DNA of 64,000 nucleotides from NCBI GenBank assembly GCA_963806035.1, contig CAWDWO010000037.1, positions 27,323 to 91,322 of the forward strand, read 5' to 3'. The position numbers were made by a program, and so were the translations under genes. Origin of the DNA: Candidatus Krumholzibacteriota bacterium (GTDB taxonomy: Bacteria > Krumholzibacteriota > Krumholzibacteriia > JAJRXK01). Below, piece after piece: positions 21,884 through 33,918 of the stretch (positions are counted from its first letter, which is position 1; each line of letters opens with the position of its first letter). The notes beneath the pieces were generated by a model. It was not told where the DNA came from. It saw nothing but the letters and a program-made list of their open reading frames with translations, and made no database searches.

Positions 21884-22879
21884 TCAATTTCCTGCTGCCG
21901 CGCTGAGACGAACTGCCGCGGGCATGCCGATGTGCAGGCGTCCGTCCGGGTTGTCCACGGTGAGCTTCACCGCGTACACGAGCTGTGCGCGCGCCTGTGC
22001 CGTCTGCGCATTCTTGGGGGTGAATTCGGCCTGCGAAGCGATCCAGCTCACTCTGCCCTGCAACTCCTTGCCTGCGAGAGCGTCCACCAGCACGGGCAGG
22101 GTTTGTCCCAACTTCACGCGGTCCAATTCCGGCTCTTCCAGGTAGACGCGGAGTTCCAGCTGACTCAGGTCGGCCATGCGCAAAGCCAGGGCGCCGGTCC
22201 GCCCCAGCTCACCGGGCTCCGCAGCGCGCACGAGAATGGTACCGTCGGTGGGTGCGAGGATGATCCCGTCGGCGATTTGGCGATCCACTACCTCGAGCGA
22301 GGCCTCCAGCTCCTTGCGCTGGGCGGCGAGCTGGCTCAAGCGATCCCGGGTCGCTTGGACCTGGCTTGCCGCGACATCACGCTGTGCGCTGAGATCGTCC
22401 ACCTGCTGTTGGGTGACCGAGCCCTGTTCGTGCAGAGTTTTGCTGCGCTTCAGCGTGGTCGAGGCCAACTCGAGCCTGCGTTCGCTCTGCCGCAGGGCCT
22501 GCTGGGCTTCGCTGGTCTGGGCCTGCAGTACCTCGCTCTGGGCCGCGGTCTGCGCGCGCTTCTTCTGCAGTAAATCGGTGTCGAGCACGAGCAGAGTGTC
22601 GCCCCTGGCCACCGTGTCGCCCTCGTCCGCTCTCACTTCGAGGACCTTGGCCGTGAGGAGGGGCGAGAGGTCCACCTCGGTGGCTTCGAGAGTTCCGCTC
22701 GGATTGGCGAGTTCGTCGCCCTTGCCGCAGGCGCTCAGCACGGTGCAGAGAAAGAGACCGGCGAGGATTCCCGACGCGACACGCAGCTTTGACGAGGCGA
22801 AGGATGAAATGGAGGGGAGGGTCTGCATGGTGGTTTTTCCTTCCGGAGACGAGGTCTCGAATTTGGCTGCGATCATCAT
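21884..22879 (-). CDS. HlyD-family periplasmic adaptor (YbhG-like)
   Basis: SGTLEATEV, coiled coil, IASQAEFTPKN...LVYAVK. Confidence 0.88.
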   Translation of the reverse strand: MMIAAKFETSSPEGKTTMQTLPSISSFASSKLRVASGILAGLFLCTVLSACGKGDELANPSGTLEATEVDLSPLLTAKVLEVRADEGDTVARGDTLLVLDTDLLQKKRAQTAAQSEVLQAQTSEAQQALRQSERRLELASTTLKRSKTLHEQGSVTQQQVDDLSAQRDVAASQVQATRDRLSQLAAQRKELEASLEVVDRQIADGIILAPTDGTILVRAAEPGELGRTGALALRMADLSQLELRVYLEEPELDRVKLGQTLPVLVDALAGKELQGRVSWIASQAEFTPKNAQTAQARAQLVYAVKLTVDNPDGRLHIGMPAAVRLSAAAGN

Positions 22880-24225
22880 CGGGCCACCGCGTAGAGAAGG
22901 TTCACTTCCGCGAGCCGGAGCCGCGAACGCTGGGCGGCGACCGCGATCTCCGCGTCGGAAAGATCGTCCTGGGCGTCCAGGAATTCGGTTTCCGTGCCCA
23001 GGCCCTGTTGGTAGCGCCCCCGCACCAACTCGAGCCGCTGGCTTTCCAGCGTGGCGCGTTGCCGTGCCTTGTCGACTTGCTGGTACTGGGCTCTCACCTG
23101 GGCTCGAGAAATTTCCAGAGCGCTCGTGAGTTCGCGCTGAAGTTCTTCGTGGCGGTGGGAGAGGGCCCGTGCAGTAGCCGCGTACTGCTCGGCGCGCGCC
23201 GAACGGCCGCCCTTGTCGAACAGAGTCCACTGCAGTCGAAGGCCCACCGTGGCCCAATCCATCCACTTGTTATCGATGACGCGAACTCCAGGTCGCGCGT
23301 AATGGAGTTGCGCCGTGGCATTGAGCGAGGGCAGAAGGCTCCCCTTGGCGGCACGGCTCGCTTCTTGATTGGCCGATTGCCGCGAACTCAGTGCGTGCAG
23401 CTCCGGCCTTAGGTCCACCGAGCTCGCACCGCTGGGGATTTCATTGCTGGAAAGAAGGGTCCGGTCCAGCTGACCCGCGGGAACCACTTCCCGCGCGGGG
23501 AAGCCGAGCGCGCGCCCCAGTTGTAGGCGACGCACGGAGCGTTGCTCTTCTGCGTTCAGCAGGCGTTGCTCGGCAGCCCGCAGTCTCGCTTCCACCTGAA
23601 GCCGGGCCTCGGTCGAGGCCGCGCCCGCGCGAACTTGCTGCTCGAGTTCTTCGAGGTGGCGGCGCAGGCGCTGCACGGCCAAGCTCGCGGCATCGACTTC
23701 AGCCTGTGCTCCGAGAGCTTGATAGAAACTGGCCCGTACCTGCTGAATCACCCGTAGGCTATCCGCCGCCAAGTCGAAGCCAGTCGCATTCGCCGCATCC
23801 CGTTGCGCGTGCTCCTGGGCCGCGAGACGGCCGCCGGTATACAGAGGAAGCTCCAGATCGGCGAGAAGACCGTAACTCTCGTTGTCACCAAAGCGAATGG
23901 TGCGCGAGATGGGGGCCGGCAGATCGAACTCGTTGACCTCGCTCTGGTAATTGAAGTCCGCACCCACCGAGAGGGTCGGCCAGCGTTGAGCCCTGGCTTC
24001 GTCGACTCCAGCCGTCGCCGCGCGTTGGTTCTCGCCGAAGGCGCGCAGGCTCGAAGAATTGGAGAGTGCGGTTTGGATGCAGTGCTCCAAATCGATGGCG
24101 GACGAAATCTCTTCAGCCCGCCCGTCCCGCGCGGAAAGTACCGACAGCACCAGGATCAAGGGCAAGGCCACGGCGAAGACCACAGAGCAGCGGCGAGCTC
24201 GAAGGTGGCTTGAAACAGAGCTCAT
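22876..24225 (-). CDS. TolC-family outer membrane efflux protein
   Basis: Signal peptide, two OEP repeats, RYQQGLGTETEFLDAQ. Confidence 0.88.
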   Translation of the reverse strand: MSSVSSHLRARRCSVVFAVALPLILVLSVLSARDGRAEEISSAIDLEHCIQTALSNSSSLRAFGENQRAATAGVDEARAQRWPTLSVGADFNYQSEVNEFDLPAPISRTIRFGDNESYGLLADLELPLYTGGRLAAQEHAQRDAANATGFDLAADSLRVIQQVRASFYQALGAQAEVDAASLAVQRLRRHLEELEQQVRAGAASTEARLQVEARLRAAEQRLLNAEEQRSVRRLQLGRALGFPAREVVPAGQLDRTLLSSNEIPSGASSVDLRPELHALSSRQSANQEASRAAKGSLLPSLNATAQLHYARPGVRVIDNKWMDWATVGLRLQWTLFDKGGRSARAEQYAATARALSHRHEELQRELTSALEISRAQVRAQYQQVDKARQRATLESQRLELVRGRYQQGLGTETEFLDAQDDLSDAEIAVAAQRSRLRLAEVNLLYAVAR

Positions 24226-24935
24226 GACTCGGACTCCTTTGAAGTACGAGGAAGAAGTGCGCGTTGCAGCAATTCACTTTGGCCGCTCAGGAGCTTTTCC
24301 CAGCGCTCGTCGTCGAGAGTGGGAGCATCGAAGAGCACACGCACGATGGGTTCGAGAAAGAGAGGGCCGTAAGCGCACATGAGCAGTAGGTTCGCGATGG
24401 CGCGGGGTTCGCCCTCGACGAGTTGCCCGGCCGCTTGCGCTCGGCTCATCGCATCGAAGAGTAGCTGACGAAAACCCTTCGGTCCGGCATCGCCAAGTTC
24501 GCGCACGACCTCCAGCGCGTGCGGCCCACCTTGCCCGATCTCCTGTCGGATGATGGCGAGGCGCACTGGATCATCGCGGAAGGCGCTGTTGATGCGCCGG
24601 ACCAGGTTGAGAAGGCGATCGATGGGACGGCCTTCTTCATCCGCGAGAACGCTGGCGAGGGTGCCGAAAACTTGCAGCATTTCCCTTCCCAAGACTCGAC
24701 GGTAGAGCTGCACTTTTGAACCGAAGTAGTAGTGGACCATGGCCAGATTCACTTGCGCGCGGTCCGCGATGGAGCGGGTGGTGGTTGCGTCCATCCCCGT
24801 CTCGGCAAAGGCCTCACGGGCCGCGTCGAGGATGCGCGCCCGCGGGCTTCCCGGCTCCGGAGCCTGGAATTCGGGCGGAATGGCGGCCAGGCCGCGCCCG
24901 GCAGCTTGGGAAGATGGCTTCTTGGAGGACTTCAT
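24222..24935 (-). CDS. TetR/AcrR-family regulator heading the efflux operon (CecR-like context)
   Basis: RILDAAREAFAETG..ATTTRSIADRAQVNLAMVHYYFGSK. Confidence 0.9.
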   Translation of the reverse strand: MKSSKKPSSQAAGRGLAAIPPEFQAPEPGSPRARILDAAREAFAETGMDATTTRSIADRAQVNLAMVHYYFGSKVQLYRRVLGREMLQVFGTLASVLADEEGRPIDRLLNLVRRINSAFRDDPVRLAIIRQEIGQGGPHALEVVRELGDAGPKGFRQLLFDAMSRAQAAGQLVEGEPRAIANLLLMCAYGPLFLEPIVRVLFDAPTLDDERWEKLLSGQSELLQRALLPRTSKESES

Positions 24936-24965
24936 GAGCTTCCTTCCGCCTTGGAGAAGAAACAT

Positions 24966-24996
24966 TGGTCATATGATTAAGTCGTACGTATGACCA
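24966..24996. promoter_or_regulatory. Probable TetR operator (inverted repeat)
   Basis: TGGTCATA-N15-TATGACCA directly upstream of the TetR gene. Confidence 0.65.
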
Positions 24997-25104
24997 TGGC
25001 AAGGGGGGAAATCCGCAAAAGGCCCATTCTCGTGCGCGACCCGGCGGCGGGCCGAGTGCTATAGTACTGCGTTCACACAAGTTCCGAGGAGCTCTGGAAT
25101 CTTC

Positions 25105-27388
25105 ATGCGCCCATGCTTCAAGCGCCCTTTTCGCCCTGATTCTGCTTTTGGGAGGGCTGCCGAGCCCGGGCCGGGCCGCCCCTGCGCGCGTCAGGCTCCA
25201 GGGGCGCGTGCTCAACGACAAGGGGGTGGGCCTGGCCGGGGTGCGGGTCACCGCGAGCGGATTTTATCGCGAGGCCACGACGGCCAGAGACGGCAGCTTC
25301 GAGCTGGCGGGATTGCCCGAAGGCGGAGTGACGCTCCTCTTTCACCGTCTCGGCTACGCCTCGCTCACCCGCGAAGTGACGCTGCCGCTGTCGGGTCCTT
25401 TGGTAGTGGCTCTGCAGGAAACGCCCTTCACTTTGCCCACCTTCGAGGTCACCGCCGCGCGCACGCCGCGGCCCGTGCTGGACTCTCCGCTGCCGAGCGC
25501 ATTCTTGGGGCAAGCTTCCCTGGCGGAGGAGTCGAGCCTCTCTTTAGCCCATGCGCTGCAGAAGCTGCCCGGAGTGCGGACCGTCTCCACCGGGGCGCAG
25601 ATCGGCAAGCCCATGGTGCGCGGACTCACGGGCTCGCGGGTGCTGGTGCTCTCCAATGGCCACCGGGTGGAAGACTATTCATGGAGCGACGAGGACGGCC
25701 CGTCCGTCGATCCGGCGCTGGTGAGTCGCGTGGAAGTGGTTCGGGGTCCCGCTTCGCTTCTCTACGGCTCGGATGCCATCAGCGGTGTGGTGAACGCGAT
25801 TGCGCCGGAACTGCCGCGCGCCGAAGGGGAAGAGCGCTTCACGCGCGGAAGCTTGGGGGCCTACTTCGCCTCCAACAGCCGCGAAGCTGGCGGTCGTCTG
25901 CGGCTGGAGGGAGCTCGGGGCGGTTTGGGCTGGAGGGTTGCGGGTACAGGACGCTTCGCGGAGGCCCTGCACACCCCGGACGGCGAACTGGAGAACACCG
26001 GATTCGGTGCGGTGACCGGCGACGCCGCGGCCGCGATTCGCGGAGAGGACAAAGAGCTTTCCCTGCAGATTTCGCACTACGGTGGCGAATTCAAGTTGTT
26101 GGAAGCAGGCGGTCCGCCCCCCGGCGCGAACGAAGGGGAGGAGGAGGGACCGGAACGCAAGAGTTCCGATTGGCGCGTCCAGTTGGACGGGAAGCGGCAG
26201 CTCGGGGCCTTGAATCTGGAGACGAAGGCGCAGTGGGAACGGCACTCGCTCATCGAGCTGTCCGATGAGGCGCTCGCGGACAGCATGGCCACCGCGCCCA
26301 CGACCGTCAGCGGCGGCAAGGAGCAGGAGGCCTTCAATCTACTGCTGAACACCTTCTCGCTGGATCTTTTGGCGCACCACCGCATCGGCAAGCGGATCAA
26401 GGGAACGGCGGGAGTGAGCGGTCTTCTGCAGAGCAATGATACTCGAGGTCCCATCCCACTCGTACCCGACGCCGCGATTTCCTCGCTGGGAGCTTTCGTC
26501 TTCGAGGAGGCGCGACTGGGACGCTGGAGCGTGTTGGGTGGAGTGAGGGGGGACGCGCGCAAGATGAAGGCCGACGCCAATGACGGTCTTCAGCTCGCGG
26601 CGGACGACGAGCGCGACTGGAGCGCCTTGTCATCGGACCTGGGATTGGTTTTTCGCCCGCTGAGGCATCTGGCCCTCTCGGTGAACGCGGGATTGGCATG
26701 GCGCGCTCCCACGCTCTTCGAACTCTATGCCGAAGGTCCACAAATCGCCGAGGCGCGCTACTTGCGTGGTCGCGCCGATCTCAAAGCCGAGCACGCTCTG
26801 GATCTCGACGCCGGAGTGCGCTACGAAAACGAGCGGGTCAAAGCCGAACTGACGGTGTATCGCAATCGCATCGACGATTTCGTCGCTCTTTCTCCCACTG
26901 CAAGCCTGATCGATGGGCTGCGCCTGTGGGAATACGGACGGACTGACGCCATCCTCTCCGGCATGGAGGCGGGGCTCTCCGGGCCGGTCGGCGGACCCTT
27001 CCGGCTTTCGGGGAGTTTCGATTTCGTCCGCGGCGAAGTCCGCGGAAGCGGCGATCCCTTGCCCTTGATACCTCCACCGCGCGGCATTTTGGCCGCGCAA
27101 GCGGCGTGGCGCGAACTGGCTTGGGCCGAGCGCTTCCAGCTGGGCGTGGAGTTCCAACTCGTCGCGGAGAAGCAGCGCCTGGCGAGCGAGGAATTCCCGA
27201 CCGCGGGATACGTGTTGGTCGCCTGTGGAGCCGAACTGAAGCGGGTCATCATGGGCCGCGAATGGGAATTCTCCCTGCGCGTGGACAATCTGCTCGACAA
27301 ACGCTATCGCGATTTCCTGAGCCGCTACAAGGAGTTCGCGGACAATCCGGGAAGGGACGTGCGGCTGAAGCTCGCGACCTCGTTCTGA
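25105..27388 (+). CDS. TonB-dependent receptor with N-terminal carboxypeptidase-regulatory-like domain; frameshift in the signal peptide
   Basis: Plug motifs GKPMVRGL and RVEVVRGPASLLYGSDA; C-terminal NPGRDVRLKLATSF. Confidence 0.9.
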
Positions 27389-27490
27389 GAGAACCGTTTT
27401 GCCCTTTGGGAATAACTTTTCCAGCGCAAGGCGCGTTCTCTCTGAGTAAGCCGGCCCCGCACTCTTCCCCATCGGAGACCATCCTTGCCC

Positions 27491-28495
27491 ATGCGACGTC
27501 CTCTCAGAGCTCGTCTTCTCCTTTCGCTGCTTTTGCTTTCCATTGCGTCACTCTTCTTCGCGCGCGCTGAATCCTCGCGGGCGCCGGCGGCGGGCAGCCG
27601 CGAGGAGCTTCGGATCGTGTCTCACGGTGACACGCTCGCCGCCTCTCTACTCCTGCCGCAGGGAGAGGGCCCCTTTCCGGGCGTGGTCATCGTCCACGGA
27701 TCGGGCGGCAGTCCGCGGGCGAACCCGTGGACCCAAGCCTATGTGGAGGCCCTGGTAGGGCGTGGAGTTGCCGTACTCTATCCGGACAAGCGCGGCTCGG
27801 GAGATTCCCAGGGCGACTGGCAACAGGCCAGCTTCGAACTCTTGGCCGACGACGCTCTCGCGGCACTGGACCGCCTGCTCGAGGAGCCCGAGCTCGATGC
27901 CGAGCGGGTGGGCTTGATCGGATTCAGTCAGGGAGGCGACATCGTTCCCTTGGCCGCCACGCTCTCATCGAAGGTGAAGTTCGTGGTGGACGTTTCGGGC
28001 TCGGTGGTTCCTCTGCGCGAGCAGATCGGCGATGAGATCAGGCAGGGCGCGCTGGCCGAAGGACGCAGCGAGGAAGAGTTGAAGACCCTGCAAGAACTCA
28101 ACCAGCTCGGCCTTCGCTACGCGCTGTTGGGTGAGGGCTGGCAGGAGTACTCCCACGCATTAGAGGCCGCCAAGCATACGAGCCTGAAGGAGAGCGAAGT
28201 GCTCGGCGGGTTCCCCGCGACCCGGGATCACCCCATCTGGAGCTTTCTGCGCGCTGTGGGAGATTTCGATCCCTTGCCCTACTGGCAGAGAGTGGCAGTC
28301 CCGGCGCTCTTTCTCTACGGGGGAAAGGATCGGAACGTCGACACCCGCAAGAGCGCGGCCATCGTGGAGAACACCCTCTTCGCCCCCGAGAAGAGTTTCT
28401 CGCTCCTCTTCTTCGGAAAGAACGGCCACGGACTCTTCCGGGACGATGCGATGGACTTTCTCGCGCGCTGGATAGCCGACAAGGGCGTCGACTGA
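27491..28495 (+). CDS. Secreted alpha/beta hydrolase (peptidase S9/S15-like)
   Basis: VIVHGSG, DKRGSG, nucleophile GFSQG, GGKD..V, NGHG. Confidence 0.85.
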   Translation: MRRPLRARLLLSLLLLSIASLFFARAESSRAPAAGSREELRIVSHGDTLAASLLLPQGEGPFPGVVIVHGSGGSPRANPWTQAYVEALVGRGVAVLYPDKRGSGDSQGDWQQASFELLADDALAALDRLLEEPELDAERVGLIGFSQGGDIVPLAATLSSKVKFVVDVSGSVVPLREQIGDEIRQGALAEGRSEEELKTLQELNQLGLRYALLGEGWQEYSHALEAAKHTSLKESEVLGGFPATRDHPIWSFLRAVGDFDPLPYWQRVAVPALFLYGGKDRNVDTRKSAAIVENTLFAPEKSFSLLFFGKNGHGLFRDDAMDFLARWIADKGVD

Positions 28496-28585
28496 GTTTC
28501 GACGCGCGGGAACTCGGCACTCTGTGCTATGTTCCAGTGAGCGGAAGGACTCCGCTCTCGCCCCTCACTCCGACACGCGCCGGCC

Positions 28586-31043
28586 ATGGACGACAAGACC
28601 CTCGATCTCAATCAAGGCGACGACGAGCCCATCAGACCGCACAAGGTGGATGCGGGCTCCGAACTCTTGCGAAAGATCGGCCATTACCGCCTCATTCGCC
28701 TGGTCGGCGAGGGTGGAATGGGGCAGGTCTACGAGGCGGAACAGGTCGAGCCGCTCAAGCGCAAAGTCGCTCTCAAGATCGTCAAACGCGGTATGGACAC
28801 GAACGAGTTCGTGGCCCGTTTCGATTCCGAACGGCAGGCCCTGGCGCTCATGGACCATCCGGCGATCGCCACCGTCTACGACGCGGGAACCACAGAGGGC
28901 GGCCGCCCTTACTTCGTCATGGAGTATGTCGAAGGCGAGCCGCTCATCGACTACTGCGACCGCAAACGTCTCACGATTCGACAACGGCTCGAACTCTTCG
29001 TTCACGTCTGCGAAGGAGTTCAGCACGCTCATCAGAAGGTCATCATCCACCGTGACCTCAAGCCATCCAACGTGCTGGTCACGGAGATCGACGGGAATCC
29101 CATTCCCAAGATCATCGACTTCGGGGTGGCCAAAGTCACCGATAGCTCGGTTTTCGACAACACCATGTCGACCTTCGCGGGGCAACTGATCGGGACGCCC
29201 CAGTACATGAGCCCCGAACAGGCCGACGCGTCCGGGCAGGGCATCGACATCCGTGTCGACGTCTATGCGCTCGGAGTGATTCTCTACGAGCTCCTGGTGG
29301 GTCAGCTTCCGATTTCCCGCCGAACGCTGGGAGAACATCGGCCTCAGCGAGATGTTGCGCATCATCCGCGAGGAAGAGCCGCCGCCGCCAAGCTCCCGGG
29401 CGAAGGAGCTACTCGCCTCCGGCGAACTCGTTGCTGCCATTGCCGCCGCGCGTCGACTCGATCCCGGCGCCCTCGCCAAGACCCTGCGTGGTGACCTGGA
29501 CTGGATCACCATGCGGGCCCTGGAGAAGGACCGCACCCGTCGTTACGAAACGGTCATGGGACTGTCCGTCGACGTCCAGCGCCATCTGACGGACATTCCG
29601 ATCAGTGCGCGTCCACCGAGCAAGGTGTACACGACGGTGAAGTTCGTTCGCCGGCACCGCACCGGAGTGATGGCCGGCGGCTTCGTCGTGCTCGCCGTCC
29701 TTCTGGGCATCGTCGGGACCACGACGGGAATGATTCGCGCGGTAAGGGCTGAACGCGCTGCCAACCAGGAGGCCCAGACCGCGACCAAGGTGACCGACTT
29801 TCTGGTCAACCTCTTCGAGGTTTCCGACCCCGACCACACTCGCGGCAACACCATCACCGCGCGCGAAATCCTCGATCAGGGTTCCGAGCGCATCGCCAAG
29901 GAACTGGCGGGTCAGCCCGAGACGGGCGCTCGCCTGATGAACACCATCGGCAAGGTGTACATGAACCTTGGCCTCTACGATGAGGCGGAACCAAAGCTGA
30001 GCGAGGCAGTGGATCTGCGCCGCAAGGCCACCGGCGCCGACGATCCCTGGGTCGCCGGCTTTCAATCGGATCTCGCAGACCTATACATCGATCAGGGACG
30101 TTATCCCGAAGCACAGCAGATACTGGAGCAGGCGCTCGCTAAGATGGAAAAGAGTGGCAAGGTGAGCGAACTCAAGATCGCCGATAGCATGAACGAATTG
30201 GCGGGAGCGCTCAGACGCCAGGGCGAGTACGATGCCGCGCAACCTCTCTACGAGCGGGCCCGGGAGATTCGCATCAAGGAGCTGGGGAAGGACGACCCGG
30301 CGGTCGCGAGCAGCGACAATAGTCTGGCCATCCTGAACTGGAACAGGGGCCGGTTCGACGAGGCGGAACGGCTGTACAAACAGGCGCTCTCGATCTGGGA
30401 AAATGCCTACGGGGAAAATCACTCGGATGTCGCCAAAGGGTTGAACAATTTGGCACTCCTCTATCATCACTTGGAGCGCTACGACGAGGCGATTCCACTC
30501 TACTTGCGGGCGATCAAAATCTACGAGAAGATCCTCGGGCCCGAACATCCGCGACTCGCTTTGGCCCTGAACAACCTCGCCTTGGCGTACTCCGAGCAGA
30601 AGAACTACCCGTTGGCCAGAAAGTATTACGAGCGCGCCCTCGCCATCCGCGAGAAAGTGTTGGGTGCCGGCCACCCGGACGTGGCCCAGACTCTCAACAA
30701 CTTGGCCAACCTCGACCGGGATCAGGGGCAATACGCGACTGCGGAGTCTCTCTACACCCGCGCACTGGCGATCCGTACTTCCGCACTGGGAGCCGACCAT
30801 CCCGATGTCGCCTGGAGCTTGCGCGATCTCGGCGTTCTCGCGGCCGACCGCGGGCGCTTCGCGGTCGCGGACAGCATCTTCACCAAAGCCACCGAGATTC
30901 TCTCGGCCGCCCTGGGACCGACTCATCCCGATCTGGCGGAAGTTCTCGACGAACACGCGGCGACCCTGACCAAGCTGGGCAAGAGGGCGGCCGCGGACAG
31001 CCTCCGTTCGCGGGCGGCCGCGATCAGGGCGGACAAGCAGTGA
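28586..31043 (+). CDS. Ser/Thr kinase with TM helix and kinesin-light-chain-type TPR repeats; frameshift near 29330
   Basis: GEGGMGQVY, IIHRDLKPSN, IDFG, LRGDLDWI; repeats of HPDVAQTLNNLA. Confidence 0.9.
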
Positions 31044-31202
31044 ATATTGCGCGGAAGCGCGGAACCTGCTAACCTCATTGAGTCCTAGATCTTACGCACG
31101 CCCGCGACTGCCAGCCCCAGACATACCGTAGAATGTTGCACGGTACGTTCCGTGGCCAGCGGCCCGGCGATCCAACGCACGACACGATCATCTGGGGGCA
31201 CC

Positions 31203-32549
31203 ATGAAGTCCGCGCGCATCACCTTCGTACTTCTGACATTCTTTCTGTTGAGTCTCGTCGCATGTTCGGGACAACAGACACCGACCGAAGTTCCGACTGC
31301 GGTTCAGGTGAATTCCTTGAATCATGCGGTCACGACGACGAGTACAGATTTTCCCGCGATTCTCATCAACAACGTGTGGGTCCAATTCGACGGACGAACC
31401 GTCGATGCCAGTGGGACCACATTTAGTTACACGCTCACTGCTACTGGGATTGGATCCGACCCGACCCATTTCACGGTACAGATTCCCGAGTGTACGGACG
31501 ATCCGGTGGCGTACACGCCCACCAATTCGGTGAGCATCAACTATGACCCCACCACGCAACTCTACGGGATCGACTGGCATCTGAACTTCGATTCGAGCAA
31601 TCTGATCCCGCTTCACTACACGGTCACCTTCCCGGGTGATGTTCCCCTGGGCGAGGTGAGTGGGGCCATACGCAGCGGCGACGAGCGCACCGTCAGTACC
31701 ATTCCCGGTCCCTGTGCCGGCTACGACATCTCCGGAAAAGTATTCACCGACGCCAACCAGAACGCGCTGTTGGATCTCGACGAGTCGGGGATCAGCAACG
31801 TGGTCGTGGAACTGGTCGATTCGGAGGGTCGCGTTCAGACCACCACGACCGACTTCAGCGGGGCCTACGTCTTCCGCAAAGCGGCCGGCAGCTACACGGT
31901 GCGGATTCCCACCGATGCGAGCGCCTATCCGGGATCGTTCAACGGTCAACTCGCCGAGTCTTTCGACCCAACCACCGCGCTCAGCTTCGACGCGACAGTA
32001 CCGCCCGAGTCGACGGGCAACGACTTCGGCTTCCATCCGCAAACGCAGGAACTCATTTACAACTTGGAGTCCGGAGCCTTGCTGAGCGATGGCGAGTCAG
32101 TGAAGTACTGGAAGAAGGTTCTGCAGGGCGCGCTGAACAACAGCCATCCGCCGGGGGGCTACGATCCCGAGACGGTGGTGGGCTTCGTCGAGGACGTACG
32201 TGGGCTCTTCCTGCAGGATCCTTACGATTTCGCGGACGGTTTCGATGGCGTGCAAGAGGCCTTCAACATTCTGAAGAATCACTACAAGGACGAGGTCTTC
32301 ATCCTGTATCAGGAGCTTCTGGCCACCGAGCTCAACGAAGTCGCGGGTCGCGGCCTGATAAGCCAACCCGGGCTGCAACTGGCGCTGATCTCCTGGGGTG
32401 AGTCGCTCATCGACCAGGCCTGGCAGGGCGCTCAGACCGCGCAGGGTGGTGCGATCGTTCCCTACGGAGTCGCAGCGGGAAATCTCAGCGACGCCATCAC
32501 GCTCTTCCAGCTGATGAATACCGGCGGAGGCGGCAGCGTAGACGAGTAG
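31203..32549 (+). CDS. Lipoprotein with SdrD B-like Ig domain
   Basis: Lipobox LVAC; ISGKVFTDANQN.LLD..ESGISNVVVEL...TTTD.SG.Y.F. Confidence 0.75.
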   Translation: MKSARITFVLLTFFLLSLVACSGQQTPTEVPTAVQVNSLNHAVTTTSTDFPAILINNVWVQFDGRTVDASGTTFSYTLTATGIGSDPTHFTVQIPECTDDPVAYTPTNSVSINYDPTTQLYGIDWHLNFDSSNLIPLHYTVTFPGDVPLGEVSGAIRSGDERTVSTIPGPCAGYDISGKVFTDANQNALLDLDESGISNVVVELVDSEGRVQTTTTDFSGAYVFRKAAGSYTVRIPTDASAYPGSFNGQLAESFDPTTALSFDATVPPESTGNDFGFHPQTQELIYNLESGALLSDGESVKYWKKVLQGALNNSHPPGGYDPETVVGFVEDVRGLFLQDPYDFADGFDGVQEAFNILKNHYKDEVFILYQELLATELNEVAGRGLISQPGLQLALISWGESLIDQAWQGAQTAQGGAIVPYGVAAGNLSDAITLFQLMNTGGGGSVDE

Positions 32550-32558
32550 GGGTAGAGT

Positions 32559-33918
32559 TTGACGCGAGTTTCTCGCCTTCCTTTCATGAGCCCGCTCACG
32601 ATCCTGTTTTGGATCGCGGGCGGGCTCTTTCTGTTTTCGATCACCGGAGGGTGCAGGAGAGCCTCGCGATCTGGCGCGCAAGCCGAAGTCCTGAGCGTCT
32701 GGGCGCACGCCGGCCGCGCGGACGAGCGCAGAATTCTCCAGCGCCAAGTCAGCCGATTCAACGAGGAGCATCCAGAGTTCCAAGCCCAGCTCACCTTCTT
32801 GCCCGAGGGCTCTTACAACGGCCAGGTGCAGGCCGCGGCGGTTGCGGGCGAGTTGCCCGCCGTGCTCGAACTCGACGGTCCCTACGTCGCGAACTACGCC
32901 TGGCAGGGAAAGCTCCGCGCCCTCGATCCGATCTTGGGCGAGAAGCTGCGCGATGACTTGCTTCCCTCCCTCATCGAGCAGGGCACTTACCGGGACAGCC
33001 TCTATGCGATCGGGACTTTCGATTCGGGTCTGGGTCTCTATGCACACCGGAAGGCTCTCGAGGCGGTGGGGGCGAGGATTCCTCGTAGCGCCGCCGAGGC
33101 CTGGTCCGTGCGGGAATTCGCAGGAGATTCTGGCCTCGCTGGCCTCCCACGACGCGGACGGTATGGTGCTCGACCTCGGTCTGAACAACATCGGCGAATG
33201 GTACAGCTACGGTTTTTCTCCGGTTCTGAAATCCGCCGGCGGGGATCTGGTCGCGCGGGGTGATTCGATGCGGGCCGAGGGTATCCTGGATGGTCCCGAG
33301 TCGATCGCGGCCCTGCAGCACATTCAAGATTGGATCGTGCAGGGCTACGTCGATCCCAATCTCGACGATGCGGCGTTCACCGCAGGGAGAGTCGCGCTCT
33401 CCTGGAGCGGACACTGGAAGTTCAGCAGTTACTGCCCCAAGGGTGATTGTGGAGACGTGGTCCTCGTGCCACTGCCCGATTTCGGCCATGGTTCGCGCAC
33501 CGGCCAGGGCTCTTGGTGCTGGACCATCACGCGCGAGTGCAAGAACCCCGAGCGAGCCATGGCATTCCTCCGCTTTCTCTTGCGCACTCCGGAAATCTTG
33601 GCCATGACGAACTCCAATCATGCCGTGCCGGGCACCAAGAGCGCGGTGGCCGCTTCCGCCGACTACGGCATGAACGGTCCCCTGCATCTCTTCGCCTCGC
33701 AGTTGAGTGGAGGATACGCCGTGCCGCGCCCGCGCACTCCGGCCTATCCCATCATCAGCTCGGCCTTTCAAAAGGCGCTTTTGGACATTCGGGCCGGCGG
33801 ATCGGTAAAAAAAGCGCTGCACCGTGCAGCCCGCGTGATCGATCGCGACCTCGCGGACAACCACGGATACCGGGATCCGCAAGCTGCGCGCCGTGCCGGG
33901 GGAGAGGGTGAACGATGA
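32559..33918 (+). CDS. Sugar ABC transporter substrate-binding lipoprotein; frameshift near 33115
   Basis: Lipobox TGGC; LPAVLELDGP; PRPRTPAYPIIS; leads the CUT1 permease genes. Confidence 0.85.

Noticed and set aside
25000..25104. Cobalamin or TPP riboswitch before the TonB receptor
   Set aside because: The region is too short and lacks the conserved cores.
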